This document shows positions 29,561 to 44,992 of a DNA stretch of 64,000 nucleotides, piece by piece. Origin of the DNA: Octopus vulgaris. Its lineage: Eukaryota. The notes beneath the pieces are model-generated. The model did no database searches. It was not told where the DNA came from and worked only from the letters and a program-made list of their open reading frames with translations. The position numbers were made by a program, and so were the translations under genes. The stretch lies in the NCBI GenBank assembly GCA_951406725.2, contig OX597824.1, positions 1,860,001 to 1,924,000 on the forward strand, given 5' to 3'. Positions within the stretch are counted from its first letter, which is position 1, and each line of letters starts with the position of its first letter.

Positions 29561-30237
29561 GCTAAAATTGTTACAAGATGCTTTAAAATATTCAATTATG
29601 TTCCAACACCATGATGAAGAGGAATAATTATTTCGATGCAAATTACTTTTGCCATCTGCTGACTAAAAAGAGTACAAAAACTTTCACTGCATGTATGCAT
29701 GCACGCACGTACGTATGTATGTATGTATGTATGTATGTATGTATGTATGTATGTATGTATGTATGTATGTATGTATTTTTGTATGTATGTATTTATGTAT
29801 GTATGTATGTATGTATGTATTTATGTATGTATGTATATATGTATGTATATTTACTTAATCATTGATATTTTATTGTTATTTTATTTTTAATATTTCTATT
29901 ATATGTAATTTTCTAGATGGTGTAATTTAATTGTTCATTTTGAATTTGAATTAATAAAAGGTGTTTTTTTTTCTAATTTTATATATATATATATTATATT
30001 GTGTGAAATTTGATTTAGTATCTCGAAATTGAATATTTTTCCTTGTAAGTTTGGATTTATATTCCCTCAAATAATTATATATATATATATATACAAAAAT
30101 TCTATCATTATAAGCATAATTATAATTAGAGTTCAGCAAAATTGATTTACCACATACCGAAATTTAGAAATAGCTGTTAAATACTATTCCACTAGCATAA
30201 GATATCTCCCAGACAGCAATACTCCCAACTCACGTAG

Positions 30238-30276
<39 letters not shown>

Positions 30277-30279
30277 ATT

Positions 30280-31134
30280 CAGGGACCGAGGTGTTGGAAG
30301 AAAGTTAGCTTCAAGCAATCCGTGGTAAAAGAAGAAACACCTTTATTAAACAGATCAACATACAGACGGATAGGTTCATAGGTTATATGAACAGACAAGC
30401 ACACATACGCAAATGGAGACTGAAACACATGACCATTTGACCATTTACACACACACACATTACTCCACACAAGAACACATATGGAGACACGGGTCCAAAC
30501 AAATAGAGATGCACATCCATACATACAAACATAGTACATAGTTGCCAAACAGACACACAATCACACACGCACACAGACATGCACACACAAGGAAGCAGAG
30601 GTGCGTACATATAAAGACACACGCTCACACACACACATAAAAATACACAAACCCGGACATGCAAGCACATAAATATGCAGGATACGAACAGATGTACACA
30701 CATACATACTTATATACATATGCATACAAACACATGTATACATACACACACATGCATACATACATACATACGTACATACATACACACACACGTACATACA
30801 TACATACATACATACACACATACATACATACACACATACATATATATGTATATGCATGCATAGGCACACACACACACGCACTGACCCACACACATGCGCA
30901 CAAACAAACAAAAAGGAACGCAGTGTAAATAACGGACAGAGTCAAAACTATTGAAAAGGTTGCAAGACGCAACGAAAATTTTAGGAAAATAAAAATAAGA
31001 ATTAAGTGGAAAAATTTTACCGGTGTGTGTGCTATATTATAAGACATGAAAAGAAAATGACTCTCTCCAGACACAACAGAATATGCTTCAACACACGAAC
31101 TCACATAAATAACGTTGCAAATCAAATCCAAAAA

Positions 31135-31138
<4 letters not shown>
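30280..31138 (+). mobile_element. HHR-bearing repeat, copy 2 (Penelope 3' end-like)
   Basis: Homologous to 27780-28345 from ~30370; 5' limit approximate. Confidence 0.7.
30948..30984 (+). ncRNA. minimal hammerhead motif, U3-A8 variant
   Basis: cta-TTGAAAA-g-gttgc(aagac)gcaac-GAAA-at-TT-tag; AATT palindrome as stem III. Confidence 0.55.
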
Positions 31139-31195
<57 letters not shown>

Positions 31196-31199
31196 GATT

Positions 31200-31630
31200 A
31201 TGAGCTAATGCTAAGTGTCAGGCAATGCTAAGTGCTATGGACAGACTATAGTTAAGCACCAATTTCGGTGATTATGCGAATGAGGAGCCCAACGTAGGTC
31301 ATGTATTAGCGTGCATATATATTAAAAATTTCCGGGGTATTTAATATATCCCTTTATAGGATACGGTGCGACGAAAAGGTTAAGCAATAGTTATTCTAGA
31401 GAAGATATAAGATAGAGTGTGAAGAGGAGGAATGAAAGCAGACAGGAGATATACAGGAATATCATATCTGCATTTCCATTATTTAAGCAGAATAGCATAC
31501 ATATAAGTTTACTTTGCCTTGTGTGTAAGTTCCAGTATGTATTTAAATATATCGGAAATAGCTGTAAGACCTTCTCTTTATAAACGTTCTGAAATCTTTC
31601 ACGCCCTTGGATTCTTATCTCATTTTGTTA
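31200..31630. mobile_element. internally inverted copy of the 25806-26340 repeat
   Basis: ~31215-31300 is the reverse complement of 26228-26318; ~31329-31545 is direct to 25879-26080; ~31552-31630 is the reverse complement of 25806-25885. Confidence 0.78.
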
Positions 31631-31706
31631 ATTATATATATACATATATATATATACATACATACACACATGCATATATATATATATATATATGCACACA
31701 AACACA

Positions 31707-31743
<37 letters not shown>

Positions 31744-32922
31744 GCATGTAAGTATCTATCTATCAATCTGTCTGTATGTATGTATGTATGTATGTATGTG
31801 TGCATGTATGTATGTATGTATGTATGTGTGTGTATATGTATGTATGCATGCCCGTATTGTTGAAGGGACCGTGCGTGTCGAAACCCACGGATTAAGATCG
31901 AACGCGTGTCTCAGTTTCCCCATTTTACTGCGTGGCCATTGGCAATGATCTGATGCTCATTGGATTCAGCATGAACAGTTCAATGTTCTAAATTGTGTTT
32001 TTCTTGATAAAGAAAATCCAGGCGACCAGGAATCAAAATTAAACACGTAATATTGGACACATTCCTGACAGTTATGCTTCTGCAAATAGCGTTGTGTCAA
32101 ATTCATGTCGTCTGTCTTTGGATTGCAGTAATTTCCATTTTACATCGTTAACTTTTTAAAACGCAATAAAACATGCAACATTAAAGTCTCTCGATGCCTC
32201 ATATCAACAGACGCCTATTGAGCAAACACATCAGCATCGCCATTACATTGTACATGTTTAATGGATTGCGAATTTGCATTGAAATAATTAAGTGAAATGT
32301 AGAATAATATAATATCATTATTTCTGATTACTTTGTTAATTTTATTTCAATGAAAAATACAGGTTTACATTCATTGTGGATAACCGCGTTTGTTGTAAAG
32401 GATTCTAAACAGAAGGATTCAACGACGAAATTTCGCGTAACGCAATTGGATCTGGAAGCCGAATGAAATTCTCTCCGAAATGCTTCTCTCATTATATAAT
32501 GGCCGATCTCATTTGCACATTGCCACCAGCTTTAGCAAGTAGATATCTCCCTCTCCATCCTCGTCTGTCTTACTGTATCTCTCTTTGTCGCTCTCTCTCT
32601 CCCCCTCTCTCTTCCCTCCTCACTCTCTCTCTCCCTCTTGCTCTCTCCGCATGCACGCACATTATATTTATTTTAATGTGAGTTTGTAGAGAGAATCAAC
32701 TGGACATTAAATTGATGAAGCAATGCTTTTCAGTAGCGCGCAAATCTATTTAGTTTCAAAACAAGTTGACAGTGACTTCGAAGTTTCGGCTTCCACAGTC
32801 AACTTGTTTATGGTGAGTAATCCGAAAATCTGGTGTCGCCATCGACTTTTTCTTTGTTTATATACTTAGCCACAAATGTATGTATGCATACATGAGTGTG
32901 GGTATGAGTGTATGCTCGTGTA

Positions 32923-34132
32923 CAGGGTGGGAGGCAAAACTTGGAATATTTTGGAATCCTTATTTTTCATATATTCCTGAGCGAAAATACAAAAAAGTTT
33001 GTTTTTCTATTTCAGGGTAGAGCTATATGGAATTAATGTAAGAAAAGTTGCAGTCATACGATCTAACATGTCCACTCAAGAAATCAAGAGACAACGCATT
33101 GCAGATCTGCTTTGTGCCAAGGTCAAGAACCGAATGCTGGATATGGGAAGCATCAAGAGAAAGCAAGAACGTGGAGGCATGAATAAAAAAAAAACAAAAA
33201 AAAACATGGGATAATGCATTTATTAAATTTCTGAAAACCAAAATTTTGAAAGATCCAACAACATCCATGAGAAAACTGTCCTTGGACACGAAAGTTGATC
33301 CAAAGGCCATCAGAACTACTGTACACACTGATTTACAGTTAGGGGTCATACGTGAGGACCCCGAAACACCTATTGACCCATGCAAGGAAAGTCAGAAAGA
33401 ATGAAAGGGCTACAAAAGTGTTGTGATACCTGAAACACAATAGACAAACTGTCAACATCTTTTCAGATGAAAATATTTCTACCGTTGATGCTGTTTTAAA
33501 CTGATACATTGCTAAGTCACCTTTTGAAGTAAAGGGCCTCCTTAGGACCAAGCTCACGTCATATATTCGGAGTCGTGACATCTGACGGATAAAAAGATAC
33601 CTCTCCATTTTTTCAAGTCTGGGGAAAACGTGGCGGGGAACTGAAGTTTATTATAAAGTCCTGTGGTATGAGGTTTTACCCCAACGGTAATTATGTGTGC
33701 ACCGAAGATGGTTCTCTTGCTCATATAGCGAAAAAAGTGCAGAAATTCTGCGAAGGCAACTTCACCGACTTTTGGCCTTCCAACGTTTGGCCTTCTTCCA
33801 GCCAAGACTTGAATCCCCTTGACTATGCCATATGAGGCAAATTGGAGCACTCTACCAATAGAACTTCACATCCGAATGTTGATCATCTTAAGCTAGTCCT
33901 GAGAGAAGCGTGTGACAACATGTTTGAGTACTTCATCATGAAGCGTTGTGACGCCTTCAGGCGGTGTGTGAAGGCTGTGGTGAACAATGAAGGCGAACGT
34001 ATAGAATAAATTGTCTTTTCATATCCATAATAACTCCTGTTGAAATTATATTCATGTCAGCTTGCTGGTTGTTGCAAAATAAACAATTTGGTGAATTATC
34101 TATTATTTTCCAAGATTTGGCTCCCCACTCTG
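32923..34132 (+). mobile_element. maT (DD37D) transposon, decayed
   Basis: TA TSDs; TIRs cagggtgggaggcaaaacttggaa / ttccaagatttggctccccactctg; IFSDE motif, and EDGSLAH...WPSSSQDLNPLDY with 37 residues between the second and third D; stops and frameshifts. Confidence 0.92.
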
Positions 34133-36050
34133 TACATATGTATGCATGTAGTTAAAAGTAAATAATTATAGTTGTTCGATAATTGAAAAAATATTTATTT
34201 TAGGAAGGCTGTAGGGTAGCAGAATAGTTAGTATCCCCTCTATAATTGTCCCCTCTATGTGTAGCCCCTTGTGGGCAATAAAGAAGTAAGAATAAGTACC
34301 ATCCCATGTAAAATGCTTAACAGCATTTTGTCAGTCTTTACATTAAAATTGCGACGAGTTTCTCTTTGCGTTTAGAGGTCGATAAAATACATACAAGTTG
34401 AACCCTCGAGTCGATGTAGTCTACTTATTCCCGCCATCAAAATTGCTGGCCTTGTACGAAAATTTTAAACTAATATTTATTTTTGGGGTCTTCCTTTTCA
34501 AACGAATGTACAAGTGAGCTTATCGCGGTTTACTCTGAATCTTTAACCGCTAGTAAATCCCGAACGAGAAGAAATATGACCAACGCTGGCCCTGTCATAA
34601 CCAAACTATTATTTCATAGATTAACTTTATCTATTTTATATGGAACTTTTCCTGACCGTAAATCTGTGTACTGCTACTACATCAATGTTTGATTTGATGA
34701 AGATTTATAATTTTTGCGAGTTCTGTAAAAGAGGAAATACGTAAAGAATTCTGAAAGCAGCTTAGATTATCAAAACTGATGTAACCTGTTAATATACTTT
34801 GGGGAAAATATGGCATTCCTCTTACTGCAATTGCAACCGAAGCGATTACTTGTAGTGAAGTATCTGATTCTTCCATATTTTGCTATTTTCAGAACCAGAT
34901 TAACTTGAATATTAAAAGCAAAAAATTGAAAATTCGAACGCGGCATCAAGGTATTAATAACCTTCTTCACTGTCATTTTTCTTTAATTTATTTATTCATT
35001 TCTTTCTTTATTTATATTTGATAGAAGCATTTTCTCTAATTGTATTAGGTGTGATGCACAATAGCAAATAAACGTCAATAATACATAATATTTCGTGTGC
35101 AAAATGTATTGAAACACTGCAGAACTCATGTTTTGTTGTTTATGAATGAATATTTATTTGAATGTGTGTCACACAGGTTAATTTCATTATATATTAATGT
35201 TGCCACATAATTTTAGCGTAAATTTGGATTAAAGAAGCTAACCCTTGATTGGTTGTCTCTGTATGAAAAAGAATGAGTGGGAGATAGACACGGCCAGAGT
35301 AAACGAAAAGGGAATTTTGAAGACGTGACAACACGTATATGACTATCTACCATTATTGTTAATGGCGCGACGTAAGGGTGAAAATCTTGTGAATAACAAC
35401 AAAATACCATTGTATGAAAAGCATTGAAAACTCACAGCTTTGTTCTAGAGATTCTAACCTTTTCCTGTAGATACATTATTAGTAGGTATTTGTTATATTG
35501 TATGAAGCGATTGATTGATTGTCTTACGCTGCTAACTATTTCTATTAATGACTTTTAACACAAAAGAGAATATAGCGATGATTATTTAATTGAATATGGA
35601 GAATCGTTAATATCGACTGCCCTTACAAAAAAAAAATAAAATAAAATACTGGCCTCCTGCCTAAACCAGGAACCCTTAAAAATTAAATAAGTTTGAATGA
35701 AATATCAAATGAACTCATCTGCAAACATATCACCGACAAACAGACAACAATAGCTAAAACTAAAATCTTCTTGTTTGTTTATTGATTTCAAAAGGAACTT
35801 CCTTCATTTCAATTTGTACCCTTTTCACTTTCAAGATTTCCATTGTTCCCTTTTTTTTTTATTCTTGTTCATCTTTTCACCATTGATTATTCGAAATTCT
35901 GTAATTCATAAATCTATTTTTTACAACTATCACAGCTTTGAAGATTGTTGGTGTTTTTTTATGAAACTTGTTTGGAAACGTGAGTGATTGTGTGTATGTA
36001 TGTATGTATGTATGTATGTATGTATGTATGTATGTATGTATGTATGTATG

Positions 36051-36081
<31 letters not shown>

Positions 36082-36123
36082 TTATGTATGCATGCATGCA
36101 TGTATGTGTGTATGTGTGTATGT

Positions 36124-36180
<57 letters not shown>

Positions 36181-36569
36181 TGCGGGTATGTGTGTGTTTA
36201 AAATTCTCATCCGACGATCCATTGTTACGTTTGATATTCTCCTGTGAAACAATCGTTTTTTATTTTTCATGTTATATCTTATCAACTCTGTGTATTTAAT
36301 CCATTTTTTTTTCTAAATCTTCATTTGTTATAGTTAATGTTTATCAGTATTTCTTCCTCTATATTGACCTTCGGAGATGAGTTTGTTTCTAGAATTAGTA
36401 TTAATATTATTGTTAATTATACATTATTGATAATCGTGTTTACAAAGAATTACATTTTTAAACTGAAGTATTTATCAAACTTATCCGTAACTTTGTAGTA
36501 AAATCTTTGAGAAAATAATTTATATTTTCATTTCTTACTTTTAAATTTTTATTGATTCGTTAACTCTGA

Positions 36570-36908
36570 GTTTCATGTCAGTGTTGTTGGTGCTGGAGTC
36601 GCAGACAGGGCTGATATTCCTAGATGTGATTCTGGTGATTCCCTTGTTACTGGTGTAGCGGTCATTCAGTCAATGCTCTCATCTAAAACATTTCCTACTT
36701 CAGACTTCGAAAACCCCGTTCCGCCTGCAGCGCAGACGTTTGTTTTCTGTTTACGAAACCAACTGAACGTTGCGTATTTCTTCCCCCAGTTTCTAGACAT
36801 GTTATGCACCTTCAGCCATTTCACTCTCACTAGTCGCCTATACTGCTAAAGAATTAGTAGGTGCGAAACCAATGGTCACTCTATGACTGGGCATAACCTT
36901 TAACTTCC
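36570..36908 (-). mobile_element. partial second copy of the Kolobok-like element
   Basis: Matches 22170-22477 (catctaaaac..ttcc.act.cagactt, gtttacgaaacca, gttatgcaccttcagccattt, ttaacttcc). Confidence 0.65.
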
Positions 36909-37983
36909 CGAGTAATATATATACATATATATACATGTAAGTATGCATGTATGTATGTATATGTACACACAGATATATATACATAGATAGATAGATTAGT
37001 GTTTGGCTGGTATAGAGTAAAGCTGAGAAATCATTTGATACACAGGGAAATAGAGATACATATGGAATTATATCAATAATCACGTAGATAAACAGAGACT
37101 AGACACTATATGTGCATAGATTGGTAGGTTTCACGTTTATGTAGTGAAGGGCGGATGATAGGAACTGTTTCGATTCAGCTAGAATAAAGATAAATTCAAT
37201 AGAAATTGATACAGTAAATTGGAGAGTCATTGAAAACACGGTTTTTCTTTTGATATTGATATAGATGTCATTTTAAAACAAGAGTCTTCGATTGGAAACG
37301 ATATTAAAGATTGTTTTGTATAAAAGACGATTTGATCATTTTGTCATCTATGAATTTATGCATTTATCACTGTGTAGGTTTGCTACCAAACATATTTTCA
37401 CTCATAACCAGTGTGTCTTTTTCCCCACCTGGAACATCAATGTGGCCTTACTGTTTTTGATAAAAGTGGGTGAAATTTGAGGTTACTGAGCTGCTATTTC
37501 AAGCAGAACAATCGTTTATATTGACAAAATCTAGATCTCAGTTATGATAAACTTTCGATTAGTTTGCATTCAGTAGGGCCTTTGGTTATTGCAATCCAGC
37601 CCCTTGTAAATAGGGCTGTACATTTAGCATCCCTTATTCCATAAGGAATAACGGATTTATCACTACTTAAGCGTATTCCTTTCCTTTTTGTTTCCCGAAA
37701 CAGTGTGAGAGACGATCAAAATATTTTTTATGATGTAAAAATGGTGAAATCTATGTTTTAGTTTTATAGCCGAACAAAGCTAGGCAACGGAGAACTTGGC
37801 TTACCGATTTCGGAACTTTCAATTCCGATTTAATATAAGCTTGACTGGAAATGGGTCATGTATATTACTCGTATTTTTCTCGGTAGTTTTGAGAATTTTT
37901 TTCTCTGGATTGCTTACATTATAGTCCATTCTCCTCGTATTATACACACACGCCTCCAGCCACCCCAAAACATGCACAGTGCA

Positions 37984-38016
<33 letters not shown>

Positions 38017-39082
38017 TTGTAAAATTGATCACAGAGACTTCAAATTTTTGGTGATGGTAAGATATCCATGAAGCCTTCAGGAACTACAACTACAGATAAA
38101 GAGAAGAAATCAGTCAAATGAGAATGGCGTAAAGTTATAAAAATATATAGGTCGGGATGATTGTCAAAGATATTTCGCGGTGGGTCAGAAAAGAGGTGCG
38201 GAGGTGTTGATGCCAAAATAGGGGCTCGATATTTACAGATGTGGCTGGGGTTTAGAGCTTCATGAGGTACATGTTTAATTAAGTGCAATACATAGCTTTG
38301 GCCTGAGGAGAATATTCACGTGTGGCCTTTTATGAAAGTTTAATAAAATATCTAAAAACTGTGTTCGGTGACCAAATTTTGTTATCAACTTCACACTTTG
38401 ATAAATTTTCATGCTAATGTTATATTTTCCTAACTATAATGCCAATAATATTGATATTTTGTACTGAATAGTAATTATAATATCTGCCATTTACACATCT
38501 TACCAATTTCAAGACTCTCTTTAATTGAACTTGGAAGTAAATGGGTGGGATGGCGGTGGACTAGAATATTATAAAATGGTAACGTGCTGTAAATATATTT
38601 CCTCGCTGTTATATTAATTTATCTCTCAATTTAATTATGCAATTTTGTTTTTAATTGTATTAATATATGTAATTACATTAGTATGTCACGTTCAATGGCA
38701 ATTAGATGCCAGTAATGTATATGACTTCATTCACAGGTAGGAAACTACTGTTTAGTAATATGTCTTCAAGTTGCATAGATATATCGCATACAGGTTCGTA
38801 TCAATTAAACGTTATATAAAAGTGGTGAGTTGTGCCATTAATTAAAGTGTTGGAAAGAAACGCTTTTGCGGCATTGTTCTGGCTCTTTACGTCGTGAACC
38901 GAACTTGTGTCGAAGCGCATTTCAATATTTCGGTAACAATTACTGTGTTCGGTGGTATTGACTCACCGCCGATCACCAAAATAGCTGGCCTGGTGCCTTA
39001 ATAAGAAAACGTTAAAAAATTTCACATTACTCATATGTGCTTGGCACACCTGAACAATGAATGGCAGCGAAATATCACTTCA

Positions 39083-39300
39083 TACTGGTTTCAATGTTTG
39101 GCATGAAGTTAGCATGTTCGGGGGGTGGGGGAAGGTTGATTGCATCGACCTCAATCTTCAACTGGTACTTTTTTCATTGACCGAACCAGGTGAAAGACAA
39201 AGTCGACTTCGGCAGAATTTGAACTCAGAACGAAAAGACGGACGAAATGCCGCTAAGCATTTTGACGGGGTGTTAAAGATTCTACCAGCTCATCGTCTTA
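39083..39300 (-). mobile_element. SINE family A (a degenerate + copy lies at ~38820-39010)
   Basis: aagtcgacttcggcagaatttgaactcagaacg is the reverse complement of the B-box and core. Confidence 0.82.
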
Positions 39301-40281
39301 ATACCACCTTAGGTTAAATAATAAAATGTTGCGGGTCTTCTTGAAGCATCCCATGCTATTGCCTTAAAATCGTTAGCGTAATGGTAGATATTCGAATTTT
39401 GTGCCAAAGATGAAATAGGTTGTTCATTGTTTATGTAGTGAATTATTTGTATTAATGACGTTAAATACAAAATGTCTGTAGCTGAAAAATTGCGTGTAAT
39501 TGTTTATGAAATTAAATAAGATTCGATCAAGTTGCAAATTATCTCATCTGCCAAGAAATAACCGAGGAACTTACAAATTTAGTAAACCAGGAAATCTTTT
39601 GTTTCTTTATTTTCGTTTTATAAATAGACGGAAATGTTTTCCAATCGTTCTATTCAATTTGATTATCTTTTTATTGTGTTATATTTTGCAGCCATTGACT
39701 ATTTTTTTTTTCTATATTTTGTGAATTTTAAATATATTTTCTAGTTATTTCAACTGTAATGATTGTCAAATTTTTATGAATACTTTTCTCATTTAAAATT
39801 ATCTGCGTATGTATAAATTTCTGACCCAATGATGCATTCTTATATCTTAAGCCTGATACTCTCTTGGCTTAAAACCATTTTGTTTTTCTTGTCTTCTCTT
39901 CAACAATTATATATTCGACACTTAACTCTCATTCAGAGATGCATCCGATAATGGTATTTTCAATTTATCTTAAAGCTAATATCTCGTCAAGAGAATTGCA
40001 ATCACATGTTTTTGACGACGAATAAATCAGACGGAAAATCATGAGAAATCAGAAGACGATGTCACGTGACATTTTATTATTTATGTTCTGATTTAAACGG
40101 CTTCATCGCAGAATTTCCTCCATAAATTGTCGATAAAAAATACATTGTTTCTGGTGAAGCGATCGAGATTAAGTATCTATACATATATAGTTTCACACAC
40201 ACACACGCCCACGCACGCACACACACATACACACACACACACTTATATATAAGAATACACCTCTATATGCATACATACACG

Positions 40282-40376
<95 letters not shown>

Positions 40377-40988
40377 CGTTATTAGTTTGATATGTAGATA
40401 GAATTAATAGTAATTCTTCATGAGCGGTGAAAAACCATTGTGACAATTGTTTATTCATTTCAGAATTGTGCAGGATACTTATTTCTTTAAAAAAAAGTCA
40501 CAGTGATCAGGAAGCTAATTTGCTGGTAGATGAGATCATGTTGAACATTCGAGATTGCAGCAAAGCAGAAATAAAACTGAGACTTAAAAATACGTAAATG
40601 GAATGTCACTTCAGAATTGGGTTTTCAAAATTTATTGAAGCACAAATCCCTTCTACGATAGACTAATACGACAAACTCGTTTCGTGTAGCTCCCAAAGCA
40701 TACAGATAATATAGCTTGTGCCAGGATTAACATTTACAGTAATGATTGCTGTAATAGCAGTATCTTCCGGATATTTATTAGCTTCAAACATACGTGTTAA
40801 AATGCGTATGTGCTCTCACACATTAATACTCAAAATATAAACTCTCTACTCACCGCGTTCCTGCTACATCTGTCTATTTATGTCCACACACACACAACCA
40901 CACACACAAATACACACACACACACACATATATTAGGTTTTTAACACAGTAAATGGTCTATCCACGGTTTATTTCCATTAAGTATACC

Positions 40989-41127
40989 TATTTCTTTACT
41001 ACCCACAAGGGGCTAAACACAGAGAGAACAAACAAGGACAGACAAACGGATTAAGGCGATTATATCGACCCCAGTGCGTAACTGGTACTTATTTAATCTA
41101 CCCCGAAAGGTTGAAAGGCAAAGTTGA
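40989..41127 (-). mobile_element. 5'-truncated SINE family A with alternative tail
   Basis: 14-bp TSD ccattaagtatacc at 40975-40988 and 41128-41141. Confidence 0.85.
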
Positions 41128-41540
41128 CCATTAAGTATACCATTAACGCCACTCCTTCATATTTGTATTGGTCTGATGTCAAAAAGAATCCTCAGTCCAG
41201 CAATTATCAGGATTCAGGCGTTTTATGAGAAGCTTAAAAGTGAAAGGACCTCATCGTCTTTGGGACTGCTGGAGCGTCTGTGAGCGGGCTTGTTCCAGAG
41301 ACAATTACCTGATATGTTAATATGTTGATATGTTACCTGATTCCTTAATTCGAATGTCTTATGAAGATGAACAATTTTATTTTCTTAAATATGTATAAAC
41401 AGTATCTGGAAACGGGTGCTGAAACGACCTTAAGATTTACTACGTCACTAATATGTTATATCATGATTTGTATTAAAAAAAGAGCTATAAATGTGGTCCA
41501 ATCAATGTGTTTATTGATCTGAGGTTTTCTCTATTTTCTG

Positions 41541-41599
<59 letters not shown>

Positions 41600-43466
41600 G
41601 CAGCGTGGAAGGTGTTTGTAAGCCATTTAAGAAACACACAAAAGCCGTTCGATTCACTTCAACACTTGAATTGTTTTCGTTCCAGCACACGATCTCAGAT
41701 CAGGTCACTTGCTATGCGAGTACACCTCCGTAATATATATATATATACGAGCATGTGCGTATTTGTTTTCGCTTCTCTATCTACAAGTGCACGCCATGAG
41801 TTGTATCTGCTGTTTATGCCAAACCGAAACATATTGGCTTAATAAATGTCGCGAATAAAATACGGAATTGGAATAGTTACTGTGGTTGATATTATTTACT
41901 CAAACTTATCATAGCTGCCGTTGAAAAGTGAAAATATTGTTACCAGAATCGCAATCACATGTTATTCGTCGCAGAATAAATCAGATGTTTTCTTGCACAC
42001 CGAGCCTTCCATATTCCTAAATTGCTTTGTACAAGAAAACACTATCTACCACTTCGCCATTTCACACCTATAGCCTGTTCAATGACGTCATATACAAATA
42101 TAGAAGCGTTAATCTATTTTCCTCAAAATTAATATTTAATACTTATCCTCAGTGCTTAATGGTAGGGAATTTTCGATGAGGCAATTTATATTTGGCGAAA
42201 AACGATGAAAATATGTGATCTTCATTTAAAGTGATATTCATTTGATGAAGTTTGAGATTTAAATTAAGATAAAACATCTAAATATCAAACAATATTACAG
42301 GCGTCTTTATCTTATAATTTGATATTGAAATTGAAAACAAATCGGAATATGTAATGGACGAATAGATTTTGCTATACCAGTTGTGATAAGAGTGTGAAAT
42401 ATTTGAAGTCAATACGTTTCATTTTTTTAATATTATTTCTTTACAAAACAGAATGGAAAACATAATCAACAATTAACATTAACACTAATTACTCAGAAAA
42501 CAAAGCGTTATTTGAAGGTGGATATTCGGGGTGGAACAGGTATTGATAAATAATCTCTGTAATAAATTAATTATACTGAAAAATTTGGATATAGTTAAAA
42601 ATAAATATTTAGAAATATAAAATTAACAATGAAATATATAGCAATTGAATGAATCATGATCGAGAAATTTGTGCTCCATTAAATATTTTCTGAAATGCAC
42701 ATGGTACTTAAGGACTGAGAATTCAAACAAATTGAAGAAAGACGCACATTTACAATGATGGATGCATGAAGATAATTCAAGAAACAGTTAAAATATTTAA
42801 CTTGCAAAAAGAAAAAAAATGAAAGAATAAACAAAAAAGGAAAACCAAAAAAGAAAATCAAGATTAATGTGTTGGTTAAATTTCTGTTAATTTACAAAAC
42901 AAAAACAAAAACCGAAGAAGCGTGTCACTGGAGTTAACTTCTAGTTTCGCTTTCCTGTAATTTGTTTTCAGATTAGACCACCCGAAACACGGAACCATTT
43001 AATTAACATTCCGTGTCTCAACCTCTCTTGTTAAACCTCATAAATACAAGTCAAATAACAAAGAAATGCTAGAGTAGGACTGACCTAGGGTTAAAAGCAA
43101 TCAACAAAGCTTCGTGTAATGCTACGCCATAATATTTATCATTCTTGTATCGATCGTTGGAGAACTCTCTCAGCAGAAACATTGAGTCAACAGCGATATT
43201 TTGCTATTTCACACCTGCCCACCATTCCAATTAATAAGATGTTAAAAGTCACATGTCTAGAATCACATCTAAAAATTGTGACTTTTGCTCAAATTCTACC
43301 AACTTAAAGTCCTGTAACCCACCCCCATGTGTTTCTGTATAGTTTCCAAAAGCCTCCGCACTAAAATAATAAAAAAAAACACGCACACAGAAACCGAAGG
43401 CGAATTAGTTTCTCTCTCTAATATCCACTGGAAACAGTGGATATGTTAATATATATATATATGTTA

Positions 43467-43497
<31 letters not shown>

Positions 43498-43602
43498 CAT
43501 ACATACATACATACATTCATAAATACATATATATATATAGATACGTATGTATATATATATATACATACATATATACATACATACATACATACATAAATAC
43601 AT

Positions 43603-43641
<39 letters not shown>

Positions 43642-43658
43642 CATGTAATGCTATGAAA

Positions 43659-43875
43659 GGCGGCGAGCTGGCAGAATCGTTTGCATACCGGACAAAATGT
43701 TTGGCGGTATTTCTTCCCATCTTCACATTCTGAGTTCAAGTTCCGCTTAGGTCGACTTTAACCTTCATCCTTTCAGAGTCGATAATATATATACCTGTTG
43801 GGAACTGGGATAGAGATAACCGATTTACCCCCTGCCCCGAAATTGCTGGTCTCGTGCTAGAATCTGAAATCAATA
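43659..43875 (+). mobile_element. SINE family A
   Basis: ggcggcgagctggcagaatcgtt head and conserved core. Confidence 0.88.
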
Positions 43876-44603
43876 TATGATACTTTTTAAACCAACGTGA
43901 AACTAAAAGGGTGTATAAAAAAGAGCGTAAATTTCACACAACTTTTCATGTGAACGAATAAACGTTACGGTGTAACCTATTTCTGAAACTCAGTCGCCCT
44001 TATGAATAACACTAATGTCATTAGAGAATATTTTCCTAAAATATTTAAATACTTAATTACAATAGGTCGCAAGGATATAATTTAATACGAGATTATTAGT
44101 ATTTTAAACAATTCTCAAAATTTCAAATGAATTTAGGAAGCTTTTAAAAATACTAAAATGGCTGAGAAAAAATACAATAACTCTATTGTTTTAGTGCACG
44201 TGCTTCTCTCTATAGGAACGGTGCTCTTACTACGCAAAAAAGGTAATTAGTTTTGGGAGTAGAATATTCATGCTTGTTACTGGAGGTTGGTTTTCACATT
44301 CCTTATTAATTACTACGAGTCGGAGGCCATAAGTAAAAAAAAATTTAATAAATGAACAAATCTATCTTAATCTGCAAAATAGGCAGTTTGTACAGGAACA
44401 TTTAAACTGCTGGAAATACTAGCACATCATTTTCAAGTGATTCCAAAAAGTAATATCTGACAGCATGATAAGTTTCGTTCGGCTGGGATTCTCAAGTTTC
44501 GTCTAAATTGAAATACTTGCAATTTGTATTTTTACTGCTTATTTTAGCTCCGCTTGATATATTTCCCAAACTAAATATTTTAATCTACAAAATATACTTC
44601 ACG

Positions 44604-44976
44604 TTATTACCTCCGTCTTAGTGAAGGCGGAGGTACTGTTTTCAGTCGTGTTTGTCTGTCCGTGGACAAGATATCTCAAGAACCGCTGGATGGATTCGGA
44701 CGAAACTTTCAGCGATGTTTGGCCTCATGACAGGCACTAAATGTTTAGGTTTTTGCATGGATCCCGTACTGGACAAGGATTCTGGATTATTTTTCCTTTT
44801 TTTTTTTTTTTTACTTAACTTTTGAAAGGAGTCGCGTTCATTTCTAGCATTCTTGTTTATGAGATCAGTCGAGTTTACTTCAGATATTCTCATTTTAAAA
44901 AATCCTCTCTGGTTAATCATTGAGAGGACGTTGGTGTTACCTTCGCGGAGGTTTGCGCTCTCTGGGTGCTCTTGTT
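44604..44976 (+). mobile_element. Helentron-associated non-autonomous element (HINE/DINE-like)
   Basis: 5' ttattacctccgtc..ggcggaggta hairpin, gtctgtcc motif, 3' gcggaggt subterminal repeat followed by gcgctc(tct)gggtgc hairpin. Confidence 0.68.
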
Positions 44977-44992
44977 ACATATAATATAGGTT

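Noticed and set aside
37795-37841. Minus-strand scaffold gct..ggaa/ttcc-GAAA-tcgg-TA-agc
   Set aside because: No recognisable CUGANGA-type core.
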